A stretch of DNA of 64,000 nucleotides from Candidatus Latescibacterota bacterium (GCA_965222075.1 OZ244937.1:2144001-2208000); one strand, 5' to 3'. Counted from the first letter of the stretch, positions 40,653 through 51,062 are shown. A program made the numbers and translations. The notes: generated by a model not told the origin, from the sequence alone.

Positions 40653-41387
40653 ATGAGCACGCAAGGCCTTTCCCAATCCGACCTCGACCTCCTCCGCAAA
40701 TACGACACCCCCACCATCTGCAACGTCATCGAAGTCTTCAACGTCCGCCCCCGCAACACCGGCTACATGGACAGCCGCATCAAAGCCTGCTTCCCCGAAA
40801 TGCCGCCCATGGTCGGCTATGCATCCACCGCCACCTACCGGTCGGACGCCCCGCCCCGCGAAGGCGATGTTTACTCCAGCATCGACAACCAGGTCGCCGC
40901 CTTCGCTGAAATCCCGGGCCCACCCGTTGTCGTCTTCCAGGACCTGGACGACCCGTCCGTCGCGGCCACCTTCGGCGAAGTCATGTGCACCACCTACAAA
41001 ACCTTTGGCGCGGCCGGTCTGATCACCAGCGGCACCGCACGCGACCTGGACCAGGTCCGGGAAATCGGCTTCCCCGCCTTCAGCAACGGCGCCATCTGCG
41101 CCCACGCCTACTGCCACACCCTCTCGGTCCACGTCCCCGTCCGCGTCGGCGGCCTCACCGTCCACCCCGGCGACCTGCTCCACGGCGACTGCAACGGCGT
41201 CACAACCATCCCCACCCACATCGCCGGGGCCGTCGCCGGGGCCTGCGCGGACTACGTCACCGCCGAAGAGATCGTACTCGACTACCTCAAGAGCGGCGCC
41301 GTCACCCCCGAAGGCCTGGTCCAGGCCCGCGCCGAATGCAGCCGCATGATCGAGGCCCTCACCGAACGGGTTGCCAAAAGAATGTAG
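40653..41387 (+). CDS. RraA/HMG aldolase family protein
   Basis: DTPT.CN, GYA.T, GE.M, G..RD and PGD..HGD.NG motifs. Confidence 0.85.
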   Translation: MSTQGLSQSDLDLLRKYDTPTICNVIEVFNVRPRNTGYMDSRIKACFPEMPPMVGYASTATYRSDAPPREGDVYSSIDNQVAAFAEIPGPPVVVFQDLDDPSVAATFGEVMCTTYKTFGAAGLITSGTARDLDQVREIGFPAFSNGAICAHAYCHTLSVHVPVRVGGLTVHPGDLLHGDCNGVTTIPTHIAGAVAGACADYVTAEEIVLDYLKSGAVTPEGLVQARAECSRMIEALTERVAKRM

Positions 41388-41429
41388 GGGCGAGGTGATC
41401 TCCCCCCTGCATTTTCGCCGGAGCCTGCC

Positions 41430-43436
41430 ATGCCGAAAAAGCGCAAGATCACCTGCAACGATCTCTACAAATTCCAGCTCGTCGCTGATGCGCAACTCTC
41501 TCCCAACGGCAAAGACGTCCTCTTTACCCTCACCCGGTTCCATCCCGATAGAAAAAAGGACACCTGCGAAAGCCACATCTGGCGGGTTCCCACCTCCAGC
41601 GGCGCCCCGCAGCAATTCACCAGCTCCAACGAATCCGAATCCACCCCCCGGTGGAGCCCGGACGGCAGCCGCATCCTCTTCCTCTCCGCCCGCGATGCAA
41701 AGGAAGAGCGAAAAGGGAAAAGCCAGCTCTGGATCATTCCGGCCACCGGCGGTGAGGCCGTAAAGATCACCGATGAAAAACACGGCGTCTCAGCGCCCGG
41801 ATGGTCGCCCGACGGAAAGAAAATCCTCTTCTTTGGCCGCGTGTCTGTCGATCCCCAGGAAGACAAGCTCCCCAAAGAAAAAAAAGGCGACGTCGTACGC
41901 ATCAAACGCCTCTCTTATCGTATGAACGGCGGGGGCTATCACCACACCTACCGCACCCACCTCTTCATCGTCTCCGCCCAGGGCGGCAGACCCCGCTGGA
42001 TCACGCGCGGAGACTGGGACGTGGAAACCGCTGCCTGGTCGACGGATGGGAAAAGGATCTTCTTTACCGGAAACGCCGAAGAGGACCTTGATTATACCTA
42101 CGCCCGCAACCTCTACGCGGTCCCCGCCGGAGGGGGAAAAATCAGAAAACTCTGCGATCTTTCGGGGCTGATCGGGTACCCCGCCCCCTCACCCGACGGA
42201 AAAACCATCGCCTTCATCGGAAACGACCTGAAGCGTTCTTACGGCACGAACAACAGCCTGTACCTGGTACCCGTCTCCGGCGGAAAATCGGTAAACGTCT
42301 CCCGGCACGCGGACATCAACATCGGCCAGAGCGTCGGTTCCGACTCCCGCGCCGACTCCCCGCCCTTCGGTCCTGTCTGGAGTCCCGACGGCCGTGAGGT
42401 CAAATTCCTCGCCTCGGTCAAAGGCGCCGACCGGCTCTTCTCTCTCAACACACAGACAAAAGAGATTACCGCCTGCACGTCGGACGATCAAACGGTCGAA
42501 TCCGTCTCCTACAACACCGACCACACCGTCGCGGCCTACACCCGGATGACCCCCACCGAGCTGGCCGAGGTCTGGGTCTGGAAACAGGGCCGCCCCGAAA
42601 AGCGCCTCACAAAATTCAACACCGCCCTCCTCTCCCGCCTGAACCTGGCCTCTCCCAAACGCTTCGCCTTCAAAGCCAGCGACAGCACCGAGGTCGAGGG
42701 CTGGATCATGCTCCCCTCCGACTCCCGCCGCAAAAAACACCCCGCCATCCTGGAAATCCACGGCGGCCCCCGCACGGCCTACGGCCTCGGCTTCTTCCAC
42801 GAATTCCACCTCATCAATGCCGCCGGCTTCGCTGTCTTCTACACCAACCCGCGCGGCTCCTCCAGCTACGGGGAGGACTGGGCCTGCGCCAGTATCTACG
42901 GCGACCGCGACTATAAAGACGTGATGGAAACCGTGAACCACGTCCTCAAAACCGAGCCCGTAGACCCCCAAAGACTCGGCGTTACCGGCGGCAGCTACGG
43001 CGGCTTTATGACCAACTGGATCGTGGGCCACACCGGCCGCTTCAAAGCCGCCTGCACGCAGCGCTCCATCAGCAACTGGGCCAGCTTCTTCGGCACCTCC
43101 GACATCGGCTGGCGCTTCTCCCAGGAAGAGATCGGCGGCCTCCCCTGGAAGAACCTGGAAGAATACTGGAAGCGCTCCCCCATCGCCTACGTCGAAAAGA
43201 TCACCACCCCCCTGCTCATCATCCACTCCGAAGAGGACTGGCGCTGCCCCATCGAACAGGCCGAACAGCTCTACACCGCCCTCAAATGGCTCAAGAAAGA
43301 CACTGAGTTCATCCGCTTCCCCAAAGAATCCCACGAACTCTCCCGCTCCGGCAAGCCGGTGCACCGCATCGAGAGATTGCAGGCCATCATCGGCTGGTTC
43401 GAGTGGAAGGTGATGGGGAGGAAAAACCAAAAATGA
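41430..43436 (+). CDS. S9 family peptidase (acylaminoacyl/dipeptidyl peptidase) with beta-propeller
   Basis: WSPDG repeats, IHGGP, GGSYGG, D.RC and ESH catalytic motifs. Confidence 0.92.
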   Translation: MPKKRKITCNDLYKFQLVADAQLSPNGKDVLFTLTRFHPDRKKDTCESHIWRVPTSSGAPQQFTSSNESESTPRWSPDGSRILFLSARDAKEERKGKSQLWIIPATGGEAVKITDEKHGVSAPGWSPDGKKILFFGRVSVDPQEDKLPKEKKGDVVRIKRLSYRMNGGGYHHTYRTHLFIVSAQGGRPRWITRGDWDVETAAWSTDGKRIFFTGNAEEDLDYTYARNLYAVPAGGGKIRKLCDLSGLIGYPAPSPDGKTIAFIGNDLKRSYGTNNSLYLVPVSGGKSVNVSRHADINIGQSVGSDSRADSPPFGPVWSPDGREVKFLASVKGADRLFSLNTQTKEITACTSDDQTVESVSYNTDHTVAAYTRMTPTELAEVWVWKQGRPEKRLTKFNTALLSRLNLASPKRFAFKASDSTEVEGWIMLPSDSRRKKHPAILEIHGGPRTAYGLGFFHEFHLINAAGFAVFYTNPRGSSSYGEDWACASIYGDRDYKDVMETVNHVLKTEPVDPQRLGVTGGSYGGFMTNWIVGHTGRFKAACTQRSISNWASFFGTSDIGWRFSQEEIGGLPWKNLEEYWKRSPIAYVEKITTPLLIIHSEEDWRCPIEQAEQLYTALKWLKKDTEFIRFPKESHELSRSGKPVHRIERLQAIIGWFEWKVMGRKNQK

Positions 43437-43646
43437 AAACCCAAAAAACAGCAACCGGGCCAGCTTCTTCCGTACCTCCGACAGCTGTTTTTGAAGGCCT
43501 TTCCTCGTCAATTCTCAGCAAGGATTGCATAACAGCCTGTACCTTTGTTATATTATGTGCGGACCGATGAGGGATTATTATAGTGCAGAATGTGCCAAAG
43601 GTGTTTGGAGTACAAGGATTGATCTCTACCGACACGGGATATAGGA

Positions 43647-43731
43647 TCGGAAAGCGCCCAGTCCAGGCCGCATCGCCGTCAAGGTCATCAACCACCTGGA
43701 GGACGAGGTGATGAAAGTGTTTCGCACATGA
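43647..43731 (+). pseudogene. 3' tail of a type III Mod methyltransferase (remnant 1)
   Basis: GRIAVKVINHLEDEVMKVFRT*; its stop overlaps the GmrSD ATG. Confidence 0.65.
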
Positions 43732-45425
43732 ACTTCAACACGACCAACAACACGTTTCGCCAGTTAATGGGGAATGGGCTAAGTTATCGCGTTCCGAAGT
43801 TTCAACGGGACTATTCCTGGGGCCTCGACGAATGGGACGACCTGTGGCAGGACATTGTTGCGCTGTTCGGCGAGGACCCGGAACCCGCTCATTACATGGG
43901 CTATCTGGTACTGCAATCGGCGGACAACAGGGCGTTCGACATCATTGATGGACAGCAGCGCATGACCACGCTGAGCCTGTTAATGCTGGCAGCGGTGGCG
44001 CATCTGGCGGACTTGGCACCGCCGGGTGATCTGAATGACCCGCAACATCGGCGCGCTGAGCAGTTGCGTAGCAACTACATCGGCTACCTGGACCCGGTGA
44101 GCCTGGTATCGCGCTCCAAGCTAACGCTGAATCGGCATAACGATCGCTTTTACCAGAATTACCTGGTACCCCTGGAGCATCTGCCGCAAAGAGGCTTGAA
44201 CGCATCGGAACATCTACTGCGCCGGGCGTTTCTCTGGTTCAAGGAGCACATCAAGGAACGATCAGGTAATGACGGTGAATCGGTGGCGCGCTTTGTTGAC
44301 GTCGCGGTGGATAAGCTGTTCTTTACGATCATCACCGTGACTGACGAATTAAATGCCTTCAAGGTGTTCGAGACGCTGAACGCTCGCGGCGTGCGCTTGT
44401 CCGCCACCGATTTACTTAAGAATTACTTGTTTTCCGTCGTCTCGCGTGGCAACCCGCACGAATCGGAGATCAACACCCTGGAAGATCGATGGGAGGGAAT
44501 CGTCGGGCTACTGGGCAGTGAGAGCTTTCCCGAGTTCTTGCGGGTCTTCTGGAACAGCCGCAACAGGCTGGTGCGCAAGGCGAACTTGTTCAAAACCATT
44601 CGTGGCGCGATCACTGACAAGTCCGAAGTGTTTGAGCTGATCCGTGATATGGACAGGAGCGCCCGGGTGTACGCGGCCTTGCGCAGCCCGGAGGACGGAT
44701 CCTGGACAGCGGAGGAACGTGACAGCCTGGCCCAGTTGCAGATGTTCAACGTGCGTCAGCCGTTAGCATTACTGTTGGCGGCATTCGAGCGATTCGAGGA
44801 AGACAACCGCACCGGCTTTGGAAGCTTTCTGCGGGCTATCGCGGTAGTGTCGTTTCGATACAACGTGATTTGTAGCCGCCAAAGCAACGAGCAGGAGGTT
44901 GTATACAACCAGATTGCCCGTGGGATTTCGGCAGGCCGGATTAACAGCACGGCCGCAGCGATTGCGGAACTGCGGCCTGTCTATCCCGAGGACGCGGAAT
45001 TCAGGGCGGCGTTTGCAGACAAGGCGCTACGAACGCCCAGTAGCCGTAACAATAAAGTCGTGCGCTTTATCCTGTTTCGGCTTGAAGCGCAGTTGTCGGG
45101 ACAGCACTTTGAATTCGAGAGCGCGAGATACGGCATCGAACATGTGCTGCCGGAGAATCCCGGCGGTGACTGGGAGCAGTTTGATGACCAGCAGCGAGAG
45201 GCGTCCACCTACCGTCTGGGTAACATGATCCTCATGGCGACCGCGGACAATCGCGATCTGGGAAACGCGGGATTCGCCGAAAAACGACCGGTTTACCATG
45301 AGAGTAACTTCGCCATCACCCGCAGGCTGGCAGAAGACTACGACACCTGGACCGTGGAGAAGATTCGCACACACCAAGCCTGGATGGCGAAACAGGCTAC
45401 GGGCATATGGCGAATTAATCTCTGA
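43728..45425 (+). CDS. GmrSD-like restriction protein (DUF262 + DUF1524/HNH), copy 1
   Basis: P.FQR.Y.W, DGQQR, FETLN.RG, IEHVLP and LGN...N motifs. Confidence 0.88.
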   Translation: MNFNTTNNTFRQLMGNGLSYRVPKFQRDYSWGLDEWDDLWQDIVALFGEDPEPAHYMGYLVLQSADNRAFDIIDGQQRMTTLSLLMLAAVAHLADLAPPGDLNDPQHRRAEQLRSNYIGYLDPVSLVSRSKLTLNRHNDRFYQNYLVPLEHLPQRGLNASEHLLRRAFLWFKEHIKERSGNDGESVARFVDVAVDKLFFTIITVTDELNAFKVFETLNARGVRLSATDLLKNYLFSVVSRGNPHESEINTLEDRWEGIVGLLGSESFPEFLRVFWNSRNRLVRKANLFKTIRGAITDKSEVFELIRDMDRSARVYAALRSPEDGSWTAEERDSLAQLQMFNVRQPLALLLAAFERFEEDNRTGFGSFLRAIAVVSFRYNVICSRQSNEQEVVYNQIARGISAGRINSTAAAIAELRPVYPEDAEFRAAFADKALRTPSSRNNKVVRFILFRLEAQLSGQHFEFESARYGIEHVLPENPGGDWEQFDDQQREASTYRLGNMILMATADNRDLGNAGFAEKRPVYHESNFAITRRLAEDYDTWTVEKIRTHQAWMAKQATGIWRINL

Positions 45426-45507
45426 TGAGAAATGCGATTTCGCGTGGCCGACCCGCCCGCGAGGGCGCAAACTGGGAACCTCTACAGTGACCCGCCTGCT
45501 CGTCCAT

Positions 45508-45533
45508 TCGGAAAGCGCCCAGTCCAGGCCGCA
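45508..45533 (+). repeat. 26-bp perfect direct repeat flanking GmrSD copy 1
   Basis: TCGGAAAGCGCCCAGTCCAGGCCGCA at 43647-43672 and 45508-45533. Confidence 0.9.
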
Positions 45534-45624
45534 ATCCTGCCAAATAGGACTCGCCAAAAAGATGATTCTCCAAATTTGGCTATCGTCTGGCTGTCTGATG
45601 GGGTGAGACATGGAGTGTATCAAC

Positions 45625-48600
45625 TTGACTGATCCATTCTTCGAACAACCTGTCCTCAACTCGCCTTACGAGTGCCCGAGCCGGCATTGGGAACTGGACG
45701 AGACGGGGCAGCCGACCCAGAAGATCATCGAAAGCCGCAGGCAGGCTGAATTCATCACGCCGATCCCGAAGCCGAAGAAGCGCAAGGGATCATCCGCGCA
45801 ACAGGCCACGCTGGTGTTCGACAAATCGGCAAAGAAGCTCCAGACCGACAGCCAGCAGTACGACTTGACGGAGATCATCAACGGAGTTCGCCGGCAGGTC
45901 GACCGATGGCGAAAAATACCTGATCAGCGCCAATGGCAGGTGACCCCGGAGACCGCTCGCCTGCTCCAGCACTGGCGGCACCACCGATTCAGTGACATCC
46001 AGCCCTTCTTCTGCCAGATCGAAGCGGTAGAGACCGCCATCTGGCTCACCGAGGTTGCGCCGCGCACGGGCCGAGCTGGCAAGAGATTCCTCGACCATCT
46101 GGCGAATGCCAATAACGACGCCAATCCGGACCTGCAGCGGCTGGCTCTCAAGTTGGCCACAGGCACGGGGAAGACCACCGTCATGGCGATGTTGATCGTC
46201 TGGCAGACCATCAACGCGGTCCGCCGGCCCCAGAGCCACAGGTTCACGCGCGGCTTCCTGGTGGTCACGCCCGGCATCACCATCAAGGACCGCCTGCGCG
46301 TGCTGCAGCCAAACGACCCGGACAGCTACTACCGAAGCCGCGAGTTGGTCCCGAGCGACATGCTCCCCGATCTGGAAAAGGCAAAGATCGTCATCACCAA
46401 CTACCACGCCTTCAAGCTGCGTGAACGCCTGGAACTATCCAAAGGCGGCCGTTCCTTGCTTCAGGGACGAGGCGAGACGCTCACGACCCTGGAAACCGAG
46501 GGACAAATGCTGCAACGGGTTATGCCCGAACTCATGGGAGTAAAAAACATCCTGGTCCTCAACGATGAGGCGCACCACTGCTATCGCGAGAAGCCGGGCG
46601 AGGGGGAGGAAGGCGCGCTCAAAGGAGAGGACAGGAAAGAAGCCCAAAAGAACACGGAAGCCGCGCGGCTGTGGATTTCGGGGCTCGAAACAGTCGGTGA
46701 AAAGCTTGGCATCAGCCAGGTAGTGGATCTCTCTGCAACGCCTTTCTTTTTGCGTGGATCAGGCTATTCCGAAGGGACATTGTTCCACTGGACGATGTGC
46801 GACTTTTCGCTCATGGACGCCATCGAATGCGGCATCGTCAAACTTCCCCGCGTGCCGGTGGCCGACAACATCCCCGGCGGCGACATGCCCAAATTCCGCA
46901 ATCTCTGGGAACACATCCGCACCAACATGCCAAAGAAGGGACGGGGCAAGAGCAAGCATCTCGATCCTCTGAGTCTGCCTGTGGAGCTACAGACCGCCCT
47001 GGAGGCCCTGTACGGGCATTACCGGAAGATCTTCACACTCATGGAGAAGGCGCGCATTGACGTTCCGCCGTGCTTCATTGTGGTCTGCAACAACACCTCG
47101 ACCTCCAAGCTGGTCTACGACTACATCTCCGGCTTCCACCGTGAGAACGACGACGGCTCAACGACGTTCGAAAACGGGCGCCTGGAGTTGTTTCGCAACT
47201 TCGACGAGGATGGCAACCGGTACCCAAGGCCCCGCACGCTGTTGATCGACAGCCAACAACTGGAGTCCGGTGACGCTCTGGACAAGAACTTCCGCAAGAT
47301 CGCCGCTGATGAGATCGAACGCTTTCGGCGAGAAATCATCGAGCGCACCGGCGACCGCCACCAGGCCGAGAAGATCAGCGACCAGGATCTGCTCCGCGAA
47401 GTGATGAACACCGTCGGCAAACCGGGCCGGCTGGGGGATTCGATCCGCTGTGTCGTATCGGTATCAATGCTCACTGAAGGATGGGATGCGAACACCGTCA
47501 GCCATGTCCTCGGCGTTCGTGCTTTCGGGACGCAGTTGCTCTGTGAGCAGGTCGTCGGTCGCGCGCTGCGGCGGCAATCCTACGATCTCAATGAAGATGG
47601 CCTGTTCGACGTCGAGTACGCGGACGTATTGGGCATACCGTTCGACTTTACGGCGAAGCCCGTCGTAGTCGCACCTCCGCGGCCGCGAGAGACCGTCCAC
47701 GTGAGGGCCGTGCGACCCGAACGGGACGCGCTCGAGATCCGTTTTCCGCGGGTGGCCGGGTATCGAGTGGAATTGCCGGAGGAAAGGCTTAGCGCCGAGT
47801 TCAACGAGGACTCAGTGCTGGAACTGACACCGGATCTGGTCGGTCCGTCAATCACCACGAACCAGGGGATTATCGGCGAGGGCGTTGACCTCAACCTGGT
47901 TCACACCAACGACCTGCGGCACTCGACCCTTCTGTTCCATCTCACCCAGCGGCTGCTCTACACCAAGTGGCGCGATCCGGGCGAAGAACCAAAGCTCCAT
48001 CTCTTTGGAGAACTCAAGCGCATCACCAGACAGTGGCTCGATGGCTGCCTCGTCTGCAAGGGCAGCACCTACCCTGCGCAACTTATGTACCAGGAACTGG
48101 CCGACATCGCCTGTGAGCGCATCACGGCCGCCATCACGCGAAAGGAAAGCCGCAGCCGTCCGGTCAAAGCTGTGCTCGATCCGTACAATCCCGTCGGCTC
48201 CACAGCCCACGTCAACTTCAACACGACCAGGACCAGCCGGTACGAAACGGACGCGCGCCGTTGTCACATCAACTGGGTCGTCCTCGACAGCGACTGGGAA
48301 GCGGAGTTTTGCCGCGTAGCTGAATCCCATCCGCGCGTCAAAGCCTACGTCAAGAATCACAATCTCGGTCTCGAGGTGCCCTATCGCCACGGGTCTCAAT
48401 CGCGGACCTATATTCCGGACTTTATCGTGGTCGTCGACGATGGCCATGGCGACGACGATCTCCTGCATCTCATTGTCGAGATCAAAGGCTATCGAAGAGA
48501 GGACGCCAAAGAGAAAAAGGCCACCATGGACACCTACTGGGTGCCCGGCGTGAATCATCACGGCCGCTACGGCCGCTGGGCCTTTGCGGAGTTCACCGAC

Positions 48601-48702
48601 GTGTACGAGATGCAGTCGGACTTCGAGGCCAGAGTCGAAGCCGAGTTCAACGAGATGATCGAGCGACACGCCGCTCGCCGTGCTTCGACAGAATCCAACT
48701 GA
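45625..48702 (+). CDS. Type III restriction enzyme Res subunit (BPTD_3080-like SF2 helicase-nuclease)
   Basis: LATGTGKT, DEAH, SATP, MLTEGWD, Q..GR..R and YIPDF...EIKG motifs. Start is TTG 45625 or ATG 45610. Confidence 0.9.
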   Translation: MTDPFFEQPVLNSPYECPSRHWELDETGQPTQKIIESRRQAEFITPIPKPKKRKGSSAQQATLVFDKSAKKLQTDSQQYDLTEIINGVRRQVDRWRKIPDQRQWQVTPETARLLQHWRHHRFSDIQPFFCQIEAVETAIWLTEVAPRTGRAGKRFLDHLANANNDANPDLQRLALKLATGTGKTTVMAMLIVWQTINAVRRPQSHRFTRGFLVVTPGITIKDRLRVLQPNDPDSYYRSRELVPSDMLPDLEKAKIVITNYHAFKLRERLELSKGGRSLLQGRGETLTTLETEGQMLQRVMPELMGVKNILVLNDEAHHCYREKPGEGEEGALKGEDRKEAQKNTEAARLWISGLETVGEKLGISQVVDLSATPFFLRGSGYSEGTLFHWTMCDFSLMDAIECGIVKLPRVPVADNIPGGDMPKFRNLWEHIRTNMPKKGRGKSKHLDPLSLPVELQTALEALYGHYRKIFTLMEKARIDVPPCFIVVCNNTSTSKLVYDYISGFHRENDDGSTTFENGRLELFRNFDEDGNRYPRPRTLLIDSQQLESGDALDKNFRKIAADEIERFRREIIERTGDRHQAEKISDQDLLREVMNTVGKPGRLGDSIRCVVSVSMLTEGWDANTVSHVLGVRAFGTQLLCEQVVGRALRRQSYDLNEDGLFDVEYADVLGIPFDFTAKPVVVAPPRPRETVHVRAVRPERDALEIRFPRVAGYRVELPEERLSAEFNEDSVLELTPDLVGPSITTNQGIIGEGVDLNLVHTNDLRHSTLLFHLTQRLLYTKWRDPGEEPKLHLFGELKRITRQWLDGCLVCKGSTYPAQLMYQELADIACERITAAITRKESRSRPVKAVLDPYNPVGSTAHVNFNTTRTSRYETDARRCHINWVVLDSDWEAEFCRVAESHPRVKAYVKNHNLGLEVPYRHGSQSRTYIPDFIVVVDDGHGDDDLLHLIVEIKGYRREDAKEKKATMDTYWVPGVNHHGRYGRWAFAEFTDVYEMQSDFEARVEAEFNEMIERHAARRASTESN

Positions 48703-48767
48703 ACTCGCCCTCTTCGGTTCCTTCGCACGCGATCAGGCTGCCGAAGACAGTGACAGCCCCTGCCATA

Positions 48768-48796
48768 TTGACAATGTATATACATTATCGTAAGTT
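48768..48796 (+). promoter_or_regulatory. TA promoter with overlapping operator palindrome
   Basis: TTGACA-17 bp-TAAGTT containing the perfect palindrome AATGTATATACATT (48773-48786). Confidence 0.65.
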
Positions 48797-48802
48797 TGTG
48801 GC

Positions 48803-48918
48803 ATGAACATTACAATTCGGCTTCGTGGTATCGAGTTCGAATGGGACAGCACATGGTAGAAGCAAGTCGCGGGCGGCCATCCACGCCAGCCGAGAGAAAG
48901 AACTATGAAGAGCGATGA
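48803..48918 (+). pseudogene. brnT: BrnT toxin remnant with internal deletion
   Basis: MNITIRLRGIEFEWD followed in another frame by ...RPSTPAERKNYEER*; the middle is missing. Confidence 0.65.
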
Positions 48919-49195
48919 CTTGCGGAGACGACTGAACAAGAATCGGACGATGGTCCCTGTGAGCATTCGTATGCCGGAGGACGTGATTGAAGATCTTAAG
49001 CGAATCGCCCCCCAATTGGGATTCTCCGGATACCAACCACTCATTCGAGCCTACATAGGCCAGGGTCTTCGTCAGGATCTCGTGCGACTGGAAAACAACC
49101 CTGGACTTGAACGATTCGTCGAAAGTCTGCAGAACCACGGTGTAGACACGAAAACCATCGAACAAGCCATGGCCGATGCGAGGCGTTCTACCTGA
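48905..49195 (+). CDS. BrnA/CopG-like (RHH) antitoxin
   Basis: VSIRMP..V...LK..A...G..GYQ.LIR.Y motif; overlaps the brnT remnant. Confidence 0.75.
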   Translation: MKSDDLRRRLNKNRTMVPVSIRMPEDVIEDLKRIAPQLGFSGYQPLIRAYIGQGLRQDLVRLENNPGLERFVESLQNHGVDTKTIEQAMADARRST

Positions 49196-49320
49196 TTTCC
49201 GAGGTCCGAATCTCTTTTACGCTGTCGCCTTACAGGCAGTCCGGGGGGGTTACAGTCGCTTCACGCCTTCCAATGGGCCAAGCATTCCGTGCTTGGCCAC
49301 TGAACGGACCGTTATACACG

Positions 49321-49974
49321 ATGATTGCGCCGAACTACAGAAACCGTACGCCGAAAGAGATCATCTCCAAGCAGATCTATCACAACGCCTCAGGATTTAT
49401 GTACCGTGCAATGTCATGGCTCGACGTGGCAGATCAGTCTGGGCACTTCGCCGCGTTTCATTACGCCTGCATTGATGCACGGCTGGCTATCGAGCACCTC
49501 ATCTTCGAACAATTGGCCATTACCGCCGGCGATGACTTGGATGCCGAGAAATATAAGCGCTGTGTAGACAACCCTGGGAAACTCGACAAGCTTCTTCAGC
49601 AGATCGTCCCCGATTACGAGAAGTTGCAAGAATTCACTAAGCTTGTTGGTTCTCTTTCTCCCGGCCTCCCTCCGGTGAACCAATGGGATATCAAGGATTT
49701 GCGTAAGTCTTGGGGCCGCCTCTCCCGTTACCTGCATTGGACCGGTGCCCCTTCACATACTACCGAAAACCCTTCCTGGCAAGCTCAGGCGATTCAAGAA
49801 GTTGTGGCCATCATTGAGCCGATATGGCAAAAGATGAGATCCGGGCACAGCGGCTCGATCCGGCCTGAAACTATGCCGGGGCCGGTTCGGGAAATCTGGA
49901 ATGAATTCAGATCTGGCCAAATCGATTTCAAATCAGCCCAGGTTCGGCTGGACCTGGTCAGGGGTATCGACTGA
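49321..49974 (+). CDS. Hypothetical protein, possibly HEPN-like
   Basis: Helical protein with YA....R.AIE and a later RLSRYLH motif. Confidence 0.55.
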   Translation: MIAPNYRNRTPKEIISKQIYHNASGFMYRAMSWLDVADQSGHFAAFHYACIDARLAIEHLIFEQLAITAGDDLDAEKYKRCVDNPGKLDKLLQQIVPDYEKLQEFTKLVGSLSPGLPPVNQWDIKDLRKSWGRLSRYLHWTGAPSHTTENPSWQAQAIQEVVAIIEPIWQKMRSGHSGSIRPETMPGPVREIWNEFRSGQIDFKSAQVRLDLVRGID

Positions 49975-50079
49975 GGACGTAAAGGATAGCAACGGCACCG
50001 CGTTGGTGCGCAGGGCACACTGGACCGCACGTTTATGCCAGGTGTTAGTGCGCCAACGATCCTGGAATTTGAGGGACTA

Positions 50080-50327
50080 ATGAATAGAGATGAACTCCTG
50101 GACGTGCTCCGAGCACACAAGGCGACCCTTGCGCAACGCTTTGGTGTCACGAAACTCGCCTTGTTCGGATCGGTTGTTCGCAACCAGCTATCCAAAGACA
50201 GCGATGTCGACATCCTGGTTTCATTCCAGGGGAGGGCTGACTGGCGTCGGTATTTCGGCGTCCAGTTTTACCTTAAAGACCTGCTTGGCCATCCGATCAA
50301 TCTGGTCACCGACAAGGCGTTGCGGGT
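50080..50327 (+). pseudogene. 3'-truncated minimal nucleotidyltransferase (MNT antitoxin), duplicate of 51073-51363
   Basis: LFGS..R......SDVD motif; near-identical DNA to the downstream copy until DKALRV, then diverges. Confidence 0.7.
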
Positions 50328-50362
50328 GACGCCACACTCTCCACACCACGGGAGAACTCGCA

Positions 50363-50770
50363 ATGTCAGAAAAAAAACAGCACCAGGCATATCGGAGCCG
50401 GATTGAAGCACTACGCAGCGATGCCGAGTTCGACGGTTTCATTGTGAACGAGGCGTCCGAGAGGGATTTCTGGTCATTTGTAAATTCAGTGTCCTTCCTT
50501 CGCAAAGCGGAAGTGGTACTCGTGGACAATGGCAATCTGCGTGCTGTCTGGGACGGGAAGGATGGCAGCCACCTCGGGCTCCAGTTCCTCGGAAATCGAT
50601 TGGTAGAGTATGTTATTTTTAAACGCCGTCAGACCGACAGAGATGTTTCGCGAGCGGCCGGCCGAGACACGCTGGATGGCATCAAGAAGCAGATTCACGC
50701 TTTCGACCTCACTTTGCTGTTGCTCAGCGTGAGAAACCCTCAAACGTGGCTGGAAGTGTCCAGACACTGA
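50363..50770 (+). CDS. Hypothetical protein
   Basis: 135-aa ORF with GGAG RBS and protein-like composition; no motif recognised. Confidence 0.55.
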   Translation: MSEKKQHQAYRSRIEALRSDAEFDGFIVNEASERDFWSFVNSVSFLRKAEVVLVDNGNLRAVWDGKDGSHLGLQFLGNRLVEYVIFKRRQTDRDVSRAAGRDTLDGIKKQIHAFDLTLLLLSVRNPQTWLEVSRH

Positions 50771-50787
50771 CAGCCGATATAAAACTC

Positions 50788-51003
50788 ATGAGGAAACCAT
50801 TGAAACTGAAAGTTGTGATCCATCAAGCGGAAGAAGGCGGATATTGGGCGGAAGTACCCTCTATCCCCGGATGTGCGACGCAAGGGGAATCCTTCGAAGA
50901 GTTGCTGACCAACCTCTACGAGGCCGTTGAAGGTTGTCTGTCCGTTGAGGTTTGTGACGTCTCTGTCTCGGAGAAGGACAAGGTGATCGAAATCGCAGTA
51001 TGA
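50788..51003 (+). CDS. hicB: HicB-family antitoxin (orphan)
   Basis: EEGGYWA.VP..PGC.TQG....E...N..EA motif. Confidence 0.85.
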   Translation: MRKPLKLKVVIHQAEEGGYWAEVPSIPGCATQGESFEELLTNLYEAVEGCLSVEVCDVSVSEKDKVIEIAV

Positions 51004-51005
51004 AA

Positions 51006-51062
51006 CCGAGTTCAACGAGATGATCGAGCGACACGCCGCTCGCCGCGCTTCGACAGAATCCA
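51006..51062 (+). repeat. 57-bp duplicate of the Res gene 3' end (48641-48697)
   Basis: CCGAGTTCAACGAGATGATCGAGCGACACGCCGCTCGCCGYGCTTCGACAGAATCCA, 1 mismatch. Confidence 0.92.
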
